Below are positions 44,829-55,100 of a DNA stretch of 64,000 nucleotides, piece after piece. The position numbers were made by a program, and so were the translations under genes. Source of the DNA: a virus (taxonomy: Duplodnaviria; Caudoviricetes); IMG/VR virus record IMGVR_UViG_3300014059_000006, positions 1 through 64,000 of that record. One strand, 5' to 3'. The notes under the pieces were generated by a model that saw nothing but the letters and a program-made list of their open reading frames with translations, was not told where the DNA came from and ran no database searches. Every line of letters starts with the position of its first letter. The first letter of the stretch is position 1.

Positions 44829-45094
44829 TGTACCCTTCAGAAATCAAAACAAAAATTGATTGTTGTTTTGCAGACGACATGTACCAGATATATCAATTAA
44901 ATAGATATGGTATTAGTCCATGTAATACAATAGACACTCAACGTACGTATGAATTAAACAACTTACGTAAAGTGTATAATTTTTATAATAGTTTAGTTTT
45001 CTCAGGAGATTGTGATATAAACCCTGCTTATAACCAGCCAGTTTTCGGGGGATGTAATGTTAATAAACTGGTTGAAAAAATATCATTACTATAA
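44828..45094 (+). CDS. small structural protein (tail hub B-like)
   Basis: FAD..Y.....RYGI..C; synteny. Confidence 0.55.
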   Translation: MYPSEIKTKIDCCFADDMYQIYQLNRYGISPCNTIDTQRTYELNNLRKVYNFYNSLVFSGDCDINPAYNQPVFGGCNVNKLVEKISLL

Positions 45095-45099
45095 ACAAA

Positions 45100-47037
45100 A
45101 TGACAACACCTACAAGGTCAAATAATAGAAACTTCACCCCATGTACTCCGACAAGTTCAGAATGCATAATATGGGAAAATCAATCTTTACCTACGTGTAT
45201 AGAACTGTGTCACGGAGATACAGTTTCTGACGTGTCTGTAAAAATTGCAAATATTGTATGTGAAATACAAAGTTCATTGGATTTTACAACACTAGACCTT
45301 TCTTGTATCACTGAGACAGATAGGTCCTTATCAAATATTTTAGAAAGTTTTGCAAGAAATCATTGTAGTTTAGCTGCACGAGTTTACTTGTTAGAACATC
45401 CTGTAGGAGTGTCTGGTGTTTCTGGAGTTACAGGAACTGCTGCACCATTTGGTACAAATCTTTCTTGTCTCCCTACTTTATTAAGTAGACCTGTCCCATC
45501 AACTGGATTAACAAATAATGAAATCATTCAATGGATAGTAGATGGTGTTTGTGAAGTTAGTAAAAATTTAAGTGATGCGATTGTTGATTTAACAATATTA
45601 ATAAACAATCGTTCGGGTTCTGGTTCTTCATCAATTCCTATAGTTGCTTCCAATTGTTTATTTGGGACACCTATCCCAATTGACCAAGCTTGGATATACT
45701 TAGACGAAGTATTTTGTGATTATATCGAACAATTGGGTACTATATCGGATATAGAAGCGGCACGTGTCCAAGAAAGTGATTGTATTACAAATATAAACAC
45801 TGTTTTAGGTACATCATTAGTTGCTTCTACTAATCAAGCAGAAGCTATAAAAAACTTGTGGGAAGTTGTATGTAATTTAACAAGTCAGATAGATTCTATG
45901 ACAGCAATAGTAAATAATTGTTGTTCATTTAATTGTAAAGACTTTGAAATTACTATGACAACTTATGGGTATGATTCTGCAGCTAACACTTTAGATATAC
46001 GTTTATTATTTAATGGGTCTTTAACACTTCCTACATCTGTGTATGATTTTACAAACGACCCTACAAATACAATAACATTGACAGACCACACTGGTTTTTC
46101 ATTATCTCCTTTTTTAGATATTACTGATGATAGTACATATACTGATATATCTCTTACAGGATTAGATTTATCTCAAGATATAACCATAACTGCTACAATT
46201 GGTTTTACTGTTGTAGAAATTAATGGTGATGAACGTGAGTTTTCTTGTTCTAAATGTCTCCAAACAATATTTAGAAGTAATATTGGATGTGCTTTTTGTC
46301 ATTTAATTATTGGTGGTACAGACTTAGACGTACGGATGACATATTCTGTCAATGGTGTTTCACAGACAATAACTATAACTTCCGCAGGTACTTATGTAAT
46401 TCCAGCTAATTCAGTAATAGAAAGTATATTGGTTATTTCAGGCTCTATGTTTACAATAGCTTCTGAATCTTGCCCTTCATTAGAGTTTCCTGAATATACA
46501 ACTTTATCATGTTATGCATTTGTAATAGACGGTGACTTCTTTAATGGTGCCCCAGATGCTCCAACAGACGGGTCAGAATTCTTTTATTATATTGATGGAT
46601 ATATGATAGACGGTGTGGAGTATTTATACAACACTAATATTCGTTGTGATATAGCACAAGAACGGGATTATCCTGCTATGACTTCTGGAGATTCTGAAAC
46701 TTGTACAGAAACTTTTGATACATCACCTTTAACAATGTTTAATGTATCTTATAATTATTTGACAGATATTCCTACCAATCCATATATAACAGAATTTAAT
46801 CGGGTTTGTCGATTTGCATCTTTAAATACATCTACAGAACCGGATACTTACGATACTAAATATGTTAGTTTATTGGTCGAGGCCGTTTCCGGAAAAACCA
46901 TTTTCTTAAAAATGACCGCAAAAGAAACCACTAATGACACTGACAGTACACTTATTCCTAACCCCGAAGTATATCTAAAAGGTGTGGAAATTACTTCAGG
47001 AGATTGTGATTGTTGTAATGTACATAACGGAACTTAA
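45100..47037 (+). CDS. Cys-rich tail fibre-like protein
   Basis: C.P.SS.CI.W, repeated D.SC units, acidic/Thr-rich. Confidence 0.7.
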   Translation: MTTPTRSNNRNFTPCTPTSSECIIWENQSLPTCIELCHGDTVSDVSVKIANIVCEIQSSLDFTTLDLSCITETDRSLSNILESFARNHCSLAARVYLLEHPVGVSGVSGVTGTAAPFGTNLSCLPTLLSRPVPSTGLTNNEIIQWIVDGVCEVSKNLSDAIVDLTILINNRSGSGSSSIPIVASNCLFGTPIPIDQAWIYLDEVFCDYIEQLGTISDIEAARVQESDCITNINTVLGTSLVASTNQAEAIKNLWEVVCNLTSQIDSMTAIVNNCCSFNCKDFEITMTTYGYDSAANTLDIRLLFNGSLTLPTSVYDFTNDPTNTITLTDHTGFSLSPFLDITDDSTYTDISLTGLDLSQDITITATIGFTVVEINGDEREFSCSKCLQTIFRSNIGCAFCHLIIGGTDLDVRMTYSVNGVSQTITITSAGTYVIPANSVIESILVISGSMFTIASESCPSLEFPEYTTLSCYAFVIDGDFFNGAPDAPTDGSEFFYYIDGYMIDGVEYLYNTNIRCDIAQERDYPAMTSGDSETCTETFDTSPLTMFNVSYNYLTDIPTNPYITEFNRVCRFASLNTSTEPDTYDTKYVSLLVEAVSGKTIFLKMTAKETTNDTDSTLIPNPEVYLKGVEITSGDCDCCNVHNGT

Positions 47038-47066
47038 TAAATAAAACTTTAATTTAAAATAAAATA

Positions 47067-48680
47067 ATGGCATGTCCTAACCCAAATTGCAGCGACTACG
47101 TCGCAAATTGTACTAATTACTCATATGTATGTCCTGCATGTAGTGATTGTTGTACTGATACTATAAACTCTAAGTGTGTAGTGTATAAAGGAGCAGCACT
47201 TACTTGTGTCCCTGCTACAACTAATGATACAATAGAGGCTATTATTATAGCCCTAAATGCATCGTTGGCCACCACGGTTTGTAAAACGTACGATATACAG
47301 TGTTTAGGTGGAGCATCTAATGCATCCACTGTTACAACTATTCAGGCCCTTATTGATGAAGCTTGTACAGAAAATACAAACTTGTTTGATACTACATGTT
47401 TAGGTGGTGATGCTGACGTAAGTATTTATACTGCGATGTCAGACGTAATTACAAAAATATGTGCTTCGTCTGCTACATATCCTTCATTTGACACATCATG
47501 TTTAACTGACGGTACTGCTGTAGATAACTTACAACATGCTGTGGAACTATTAATTATTGATGCTTGTGCCGGTCCAACTTGTACATTAGATTGGGAATTA
47601 ATAGATGAAGTTCCTGCGGATTTAACTGATACCGCAATATGTGATATATTCACAGCTATATTAGCAAATATAAAATGTTTGAAATACAATTTCTCTAGTG
47701 ATTTTGAAATTACTGGAAGTTGTCCTAGTAGTATTGCATTAGATTATGCAGTTGTTGCTCCGGCAGTTTTAGCAGAAATTGATGGTGACGAAACACTTAC
47801 TGAGTCATTTAATGACATAGTAGGACTACGTGTATTTGCAAACGAAACTACAGGACCTAATAGTATTGAACAAACCTTAGCATTCACTGAACAATTTAAT
47901 GTAGAAACCCTTACTCTTGTACCATATAATTTTACATTGCGTATAGGTAATGGTGGAGCAGGTAACGTGTTTGTCGGATTAAAAACCGGTACAAATATTT
48001 ATAAGGCCCCTGTTTCAATACTATTGAGTAACACCACGGCTATTAAAGCATTTTTAGATGGTACAGGATTATCAACATTCACTGTGACTGCTGGAATCGG
48101 TTATGTTGATGTTTCTTTTATTATGGATGGAGATGGGGTAACATGGTTTCCTCAAATAGTTTGGCAAAATGTTGCGGCATCTACAGACTTATATTCAACA
48201 TTAAATACTGCTACACAAAATAGTGTATCCCAGACTAATTATTTAAAAATAGGAGTGAAAGCTCCTGAAGCATGGACTACTGCATCATTAAGTAGTGGGT
48301 GGACAGGTACAATTAAATACAGATTTAACCCATTAAATAATTCGATAGAAGTACGTGGTGGAGCAATAACTAGAGTATTAAGTGCTGGTGAATTAACATC
48401 TGCTGCCCCTATAACTCAGGCTATTTTTTCTATAGGGTCGTACACTTCTGATGGAGATAATTATCAAGTGGCCCATACATTAACCGATACTGTTACACAA
48501 TCTATTTATACAGGAACTGTTGCTAATTCTGACCAAGTCTCTGCAAGGTTTAGAACTAATGTTTATATAGCAAACGGTAGTAGTAATGTTTATGTTAGTA
48601 TTAAAGACTCGTTACGTTCCGGGTCCACATCTTCAGAAACATTAATCGTTACTGTACCTACATTTCAAATCTTTACTTAA
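47067..48680 (+). CDS. Cys-rich tail fibre-like protein
   Basis: CV.Y.G..L.C N-terminus, repeated FD..CL.G units, W....L.SGW C-terminal domain. Confidence 0.7.
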   Translation: MACPNPNCSDYVANCTNYSYVCPACSDCCTDTINSKCVVYKGAALTCVPATTNDTIEAIIIALNASLATTVCKTYDIQCLGGASNASTVTTIQALIDEACTENTNLFDTTCLGGDADVSIYTAMSDVITKICASSATYPSFDTSCLTDGTAVDNLQHAVELLIIDACAGPTCTLDWELIDEVPADLTDTAICDIFTAILANIKCLKYNFSSDFEITGSCPSSIALDYAVVAPAVLAEIDGDETLTESFNDIVGLRVFANETTGPNSIEQTLAFTEQFNVETLTLVPYNFTLRIGNGGAGNVFVGLKTGTNIYKAPVSILLSNTTAIKAFLDGTGLSTFTVTAGIGYVDVSFIMDGDGVTWFPQIVWQNVAASTDLYSTLNTATQNSVSQTNYLKIGVKAPEAWTTASLSSGWTGTIKYRFNPLNNSIEVRGGAITRVLSAGELTSAAPITQAIFSIGSYTSDGDNYQVAHTLTDTVTQSIYTGTVANSDQVSARFRTNVYIANGSSNVYVSIKDSLRSGSTSSETLIVTVPTFQIFT

Positions 48681-48729
48681 AAATATTCGCAAATTTTATT
48701 TTGTTAGTTTTGTTTATGCGATTACTAAT

Positions 48730-48756
48730 GAGCCTCCTTCGGGGGGCTTGTTTTTT
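48730..48756 (+). terminator. intrinsic terminator
   Basis: GAGCCTCC TTCG GGGGGCTT GTTTTTT. Confidence 0.85.
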
Positions 48757-48799
48757 AAAAAACTAATGTTACCTTTGTATTAATAATTAAAAAAATATA

Positions 48800-50071
48800 A
48801 TGAATCTAAACGAAGTTGTAGAAAAATTTAGAAAGTATCCAGCTAACATGGGATGTGGAAGTGGGAAATTAGCTAAGAGATATGACACTACGCCTGAAAT
48901 AGTAAAACAGGCTCGCGAAATTGTTCGTAAAGAAGTTAAAGAAGATTTTATTTATGAAGTGAAATCTATTGTAAAAGAAATGGTGGGAATTACAGAGTTA
49001 GAAACCGACCATTCTTCTGGAGCTCAGAAGTTCCAAGTAAACTCTGACAAACCACTTTCTCCTAAAGAAATAGAAGAAATGGTTGGCGTGGACAACATCT
49101 CTACGTTTGTAGACCGTAGTTGGTTAAAGAGTCATAAAAATGGAACATGGACTTATTCCGTTCTTACAATATGTAAGATAAAAGATTTTTACAATGCTGC
49201 AGAATTAGATAAACGTTTAAAAGAATTATTCGATGATTCTTATGGAACAGAATTAAATTATGACCCTCGTCCAAGTGATAAAGCATTATTTGTGTATATT
49301 GCTGACGACCACGCGGGTTTAGTATTAAAAGATTCCTTATATGGAAAAGAATATTCTTCGTCTATATATCAATGTAGGTTGGAAACAGTAGCTCAAGAAA
49401 TTAAAAACTTAGACAAACATTTCCAGGAACTTTATATAATTCGTCTTGGTGATGAGATGGATGGATACAATGGTAAGACTACAAGATATGACCATGATTT
49501 AGGGTCTCTTTCAAATAAAGAACAATTTGATATTTATACGACAGCAAACAAACAGTTTTACAATAGTGTTTTTTCTTCAGGAGTCGCAAACAATTATCAT
49601 CTGATAACACTTTCCAACTCTAACCATACCGGTAAAGGTTTTTCTCATATGGCTAATAAAGCATTAGAGTTTTGGTTAGAAGCTAAATATCCTTTTGTCA
49701 ATGTGTCACAACAAGATAGATTTATAGATGTAATTACTTTTGGTAATCACATCATAGGACTGACACACGGTAAAGACGAACAGTTTATGAAATCTCCTCT
49801 TCCTTTAAATTTGGATTATAAAACCGATTTATGGCTTATGGAATATTACAAACGTTATGTTCATGATGGAGCTTTTGTTTCCACCATTAAGGGTGATATT
49901 CACAAATTCAATATGAACCAGGGTAAATCAGGAAGATATGTAAATGTACCTGCTATTTCTACAGGAAGTGCATGGGTTGAACATAATTTTGGAGACAGTG
50001 AGGCTGGTGTTGTTATGGAAATTTATACTGCTAATAATAAGAACGTAATTACAATTCCTGTTTGGTTCTAA
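48800..50071 (+). CDS. calcineurin-like metallophosphoesterase
   Basis: IADDHAG, LGDEMDG, SNH, THG, GDIH motifs; own TACCTTTG promoter. Confidence 0.85.
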   Translation: MNLNEVVEKFRKYPANMGCGSGKLAKRYDTTPEIVKQAREIVRKEVKEDFIYEVKSIVKEMVGITELETDHSSGAQKFQVNSDKPLSPKEIEEMVGVDNISTFVDRSWLKSHKNGTWTYSVLTICKIKDFYNAAELDKRLKELFDDSYGTELNYDPRPSDKALFVYIADDHAGLVLKDSLYGKEYSSSIYQCRLETVAQEIKNLDKHFQELYIIRLGDEMDGYNGKTTRYDHDLGSLSNKEQFDIYTTANKQFYNSVFSSGVANNYHLITLSNSNHTGKGFSHMANKALEFWLEAKYPFVNVSQQDRFIDVITFGNHIIGLTHGKDEQFMKSPLPLNLDYKTDLWLMEYYKRYVHDGAFVSTIKGDIHKFNMNQGKSGRYVNVPAISTGSAWVEHNFGDSEAGVVMEIYTANNKNVITIPVWF

Positions 50072-50118
50072 TAAAATTAGCTTTTTCACTCTATTTTACT
50101 TATATTTAGATATATACT

Positions 50119-50655
50119 ATGCGAACATTTGACCCAAAAAAACCACGATTCCGTAAAGACAAAGGAACCACTATAAAAATAGTGAGTAAGGTTTTTTTTA
50201 AAAAGTATAGAAAAAAATATAAAACATCATCAATAGATACATATGTAAAAATGAGAAACGTATTGGCAGTACTACATGAAAAGATAACAGACATTATTGC
50301 TACAGAACGCGGAGGATTTGATTTAGCACAATTAGCAAATATTGTTACAGTTGCTTATACTCCATACACAAAAACTCTTCAAGATAAACATAAATATATT
50401 GATTACTCATTGTCAAAAAATGTCGATAAAGTTGTAAAATATACAAATCTTCATACAGACGGTAAAGCGTGTCGTATATATTTTTCAATGGAATTACCAA
50501 AATATAAATTTCTATATAGAAGGATGTGGGGGTTTACTCCCACACTTCCTTTTCGTAGAAAAGTTTCTCGTGAGTTTTCAAACAATTATTTACGATTTAT
50601 AGAAGTGGAACATGGAGAATCAATGCGTAAAATATTTCAAACAACTTTTCAATAA
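50119..50655 (+). CDS. basic crAss IHF-like protein
   Basis: Basic; N.HTDG....I motif; position before ring proteins. Confidence 0.55.
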   Translation: MRTFDPKKPRFRKDKGTTIKIVSKVFFKKYRKKYKTSSIDTYVKMRNVLAVLHEKITDIIATERGGFDLAQLANIVTVAYTPYTKTLQDKHKYIDYSLSKNVDKVVKYTNLHTDGKACRIYFSMELPKYKFLYRRMWGFTPTLPFRRKVSREFSNNYLRFIEVEHGESMRKIFQTTFQ

Positions 50656-51320
50656 TGGCCCAAAAAACTATAGCCCAATATATATCCGGTATACGTGGAG
50701 ACCTGAAATTAAATAATGCTGATACGCGTATTGACGATAGGCATATCTATTTAAAAATGGTGGACATACGTGCTACACTTATTAATCAGTCTACGCAGTG
50801 GATAATGAGTAGTGTGGATATATTCCAGTCTTTATTTAAAACTGAATTGATAGAAGTAGATACTGTGGAAGCTTGTGGTGTTCAAACTAAATGTAAAATA
50901 AAAAGAACTAAGGACAAACTCCCTATAATTTTAGAAGATGACGAGGGACCCTTGATAAAAAGAATAACATCGTTAGATGGAAGTATAGAATTAAATCCTA
51001 TTACTTCTTCAGGATTTCTAAGAAAATTAAAAAAATCAACTTACAAATATGACAAGAACCATTACTTTTGGTTTTCTAATGGGTACGCATATTTTCCGGA
51101 TATCGAATGGGATTATGTTTTTATAGAGGCATACTTTGATGTAGATATTGAAAATGGATGTGAAGTGATAGATTATTGTAGAGATTTTCAGGAAAATAAA
51201 TTTCGTATTCCAGAAAGAATGGTAAATACGTTAGTTGCGATGACTACAGAAAGTTTATTAAAAACATATGTTCAAATCCCACAGGATACCAAAATGGACA
51301 AAAATGAAAATTCTAAATAA
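50655..51320 (+). CDS. tail ring protein
   Basis: KRTK.KLP, YFWF.NGY.YFP motifs; synteny. Confidence 0.65.
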   Translation: MAQKTIAQYISGIRGDLKLNNADTRIDDRHIYLKMVDIRATLINQSTQWIMSSVDIFQSLFKTELIEVDTVEACGVQTKCKIKRTKDKLPIILEDDEGPLIKRITSLDGSIELNPITSSGFLRKLKKSTYKYDKNHYFWFSNGYAYFPDIEWDYVFIEAYFDVDIENGCEVIDYCRDFQENKFRIPERMVNTLVAMTTESLLKTYVQIPQDTKMDKNENSK

Positions 51321-52177
51321 TGATAACTAAATATACTACTCAATATAAAACTTTTGAAAGTTTGATGGCTGATATAGAAGATGATTTAACTTCATTTTCT
51401 AATGAGACTTATGTATATTCTGACAAATACATTAAGATTGTACAAACTTGCAATAGTAAACTTTCAACTAAAATTAATCCAATTAAGGAAGATGTTATAA
51501 CGGTTACAAATAAAAAAGGAAAACTTCCTAAAGATTTTAAAGTGTTGGAACAAGTGTATGCCTGTGCCCCCACCACTATAATACAGTCTACATTGAATTT
51601 TAATAAAGAGGTTTGTCCTGCATATACTTTTTCAGAAGTACGTAACTGTTGTAATAATATTGCATACATAGAAGACCCTAGAAAGTTATTTAGTTTCGTG
51701 GTGTACAAACAAGAAATAAAATCTCTAGTTAATGTCACTAGATTGTTTCCTGTTTCTATAATTAACTCTTTAAAATTCTGTAGTGCAAATTGCCCTACAA
51801 GAGCAACTACAAATATCCAGATACAAATAGAAAGACAAGGAGATGATTTTTATATTCTCTCTGATTATGATGGGGAATTCTATATTTCCTATGTTTCTGA
51901 AATGGTGGACGACGAAGGAAATCTTTTAATTTTAGACCATCCTTTAGTAATACCATATTATGAATACGCAATTAAAGAACGCATATTTGAAGATGTGTGG
52001 CTTAATGATTTATTACAAGTTCAGAATAAACTTTCATATTTAAAAGAGAGTTTGAGAACTGCACAAATGGACGCATTACGTTTTGTTAGAACTTCTGATT
52101 TTGCAGAACTAAAACAAGTTTATTTTGATAACAGAAAAAGATTTAAAATGAAATACAACGATATTATACAAGAGTAA
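51320..52177 (+). CDS. tail ring/tubular protein
   Basis: LP.DF, D.EGNL...DHP....YYEYA.K; directly before muzzle. Confidence 0.65.
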   Translation: MITKYTTQYKTFESLMADIEDDLTSFSNETYVYSDKYIKIVQTCNSKLSTKINPIKEDVITVTNKKGKLPKDFKVLEQVYACAPTTIIQSTLNFNKEVCPAYTFSEVRNCCNNIAYIEDPRKLFSFVVYKQEIKSLVNVTRLFPVSIINSLKFCSANCPTRATTNIQIQIERQGDDFYILSDYDGEFYISYVSEMVDDEGNLLILDHPLVIPYYEYAIKERIFEDVWLNDLLQVQNKLSYLKESLRTAQMDALRFVRTSDFAELKQVYFDNRKRFKMKYNDIIQE

Positions 52178-55100
52178 TGGCAGAGTTCCAAGATACGCGA
52201 GATATTAAAACTAATTCGTTTACATCTTTTATGAATAAAGATGTGGACCCTGTTTTTTTAAAAGATGGGCAGATAACCCATGCAATAAATTCTCAGTTTA
52301 ATTCTTTGTCAGGAGACCTTTTATTTCATCAAAATGAAGAGGGTAACTTATTTTGTGTAACGGTTCCCTATATTCATATAGGAACTATTCCCCTTAAAGA
52401 CAATAAATTTTTATTATTCTCTACTGATAATGTAAATTCAGAGATAGGAATATTAAATAAAACTAATTGTGAATATGTAACACTTGTTAATAACAAATGT
52501 TTAAATTTCAAAACTACAAATTTAATACGTGGGGCGGCATCTGAAAATTCTGATTGTGAAGAAATAGCTTATTGGTGTGACGATTTAAACAATAATCGTT
52601 ATTTAAATATTTCTAATCTTCCTTATAAATTCACAACAAAAAACGATGAGTGTAAAACAAAAGAATATACTTCTGAAATCGATTGTGACCAGTTAGAATT
52701 AAATCCATTTATAAAAATACCTTGTGTACAATTATCCAAATCTAAATCAGGAGGAGGACTTTTAAATGGTAGTTATCAAGTTTCTGTTACATATTCTATC
52801 AAAGGTCAGACAGTGTCTGATTTTTATGGAACAACTCAACCGGTTTCTATTTTTTCTCATGAGAATACCGGAAAAGCCCTTGATGTAGAAATAACTAATT
52901 TAGATGAAGATTTTCCTGAATACAAACTTGCGTTAGTTGTTACTATCGCACAACAAACAACTGTGTACGAAATAGGAACTTATCCTACATCACAGAACAA
53001 AGTTACAATTACAGGAGTATCTCCCACTGATATACAAATTCCCCTTTCGCAATTATATGTTCAAAAGACTGTATATTCGAAAGCCAAGGATGTTATCAAT
53101 ATAAATAACCAATTATTATGGTCAGGACCTTCTTCTCAACCTGAGATAAATTATCAACCTCTTGTGAATCAAGCATCTTTGGAATGGGTGGCATATGCTG
53201 TACCAATTGCAGAAGATAATTCAGATTTACAATCTTATCTACGAGACGAAGTGTATTCATTTGGGACGCGTCTTGTTTACAACAATGGAAGTAGAAGTGC
53301 AACATTCCCTTTTATAGGAAGACCTGCGTCTGCTGCCGAAAAGAAATTAGTTTCTGGAGAAGACGCTTTTGAACTTTTGACAAAAGGTTGTGATAAAAAA
53401 ACAGAATTACGTTACTGGCAAGTATATAACACTGCTACAGGATATGTGAACACAGTTCCACTTGGATTGTGTGAATATAAAGAAGTGGGTAGTGGGACAT
53501 TTGGGTATTATGAATCAACAGAACATTATCCAGATAATAAAAATACTTATGGAAATTTAGCCTGTACACCAATAAGACATTTTCGTTTTCCTGATGATTC
53601 TCTCGCTCCTCGTACTATAAAAAATAGTGAGGGTGTGGTTACACATACAATTCATTTAGGAGTGAGGGTTAAAAATCTATTGCACCCTAAAGATTTGGAA
53701 GGAAACAATATTTCTTCTTTACAGTCTATTGAAATACTTAGGGGAGACCGTATAACAGATAAGTCTATTTTAGGGAAAGGATTATTATACAATATGGGTA
53801 TGTATGATTACAAAATCACTAAAGATAAAACTGTAGGTGGGTTATACCCTAACTATCCTTATAATGATTTAAATACCGACCCTTTTTTATCCAAGACTCA
53901 AACTAAAGGGGCAGTAGGAAAAGAAAAAAACTACAAGGCTTTTGGAGAGTTTTCTAAAGATTATTATACTTTCCATTCTCCTTCTTTTTCGTTTAGTAAA
54001 CCATCTATAGGTACAGAACTTAAAATAGAAGGAATACAGAGTGGGGTAGTTAATACGTTTTTTGAACCGGTATATGCACACCCAAAAAATAAACTCATTA
54101 CCGATGTTGCATTTACTGTAGCAGCGTTGTTAGGATTGGGAGAAGCTTATTTTGCCACAAGAGAAAAAACTATAACAACAACTGTTGTTGAAAGTATGGA
54201 CCCTCTTGTTGCAGGTACAACAGCTCCTGTAGGAACTGCTTATACCGCAGCACTTGAAGCATACGCAGTTGCTGTCGAAGCTGCCAAATTAGCTGGAACA
54301 TTTGACCCTACAGGATGTATAGAAACTGCTGCAGTGAAAACAGCTAGGGTTGCTTTATTCTCTGCCACCGCCGCGTTAGCTACTGTAGGTGGTGCTAAAA
54401 CAACAGTGTCTGAAACAAAACAAGAAGATGCTATTAGTAGAATCCCTAATGTTTTAAAATGTCTAAATGGGATATACATGTTTGGATATTACTTTCAACA
54501 AGGTATGGAAACAGGTTTGTCTACTGTTAGAACATTTGCTAAATCAGAACAATACGCGTATCAAGTAAATTCTCATTGTCAATATGAAAACTTTGTTGCT
54601 TCCGGAAAAAACTCTAAACGCCGTGCCATTGAAGATGCGGTTTACTTATACCCTGCTGTACAAGATTTTAATAATAAGAAAGTAAACAACTATAAACGTG
54701 AAAGTTCTGTAATATTAAAACTAGAACGTTCGTTGAATTTTCCAACAATAAAAGATAATTCACGTAAGACAATGTCTAGTGCTAATGCATGCGATACAAA
54801 AAGTTATAGTGCAACCGCCTCATCTTATTATGGGTCAATAAAACAATCTCAACCTGCACAATACGGACAGATACAAAATATTAGATGGATAGACACGGGA
54901 TATTGTTTTCCTATAAACACATCCTCTACTAAATATACAACAGGACTGATTTTAGGAGGAGATACATTTATAGGAAAGTTTTCTATAAAACGTAAATTCA
55001 ATTACTTTAATCAAACCGCGTATAATCAAAATGACGATTTCGAATTTGATTACCGTAAGTATGTAAATATTCCGTACCCTAGGTATTGGATGGATTCAGA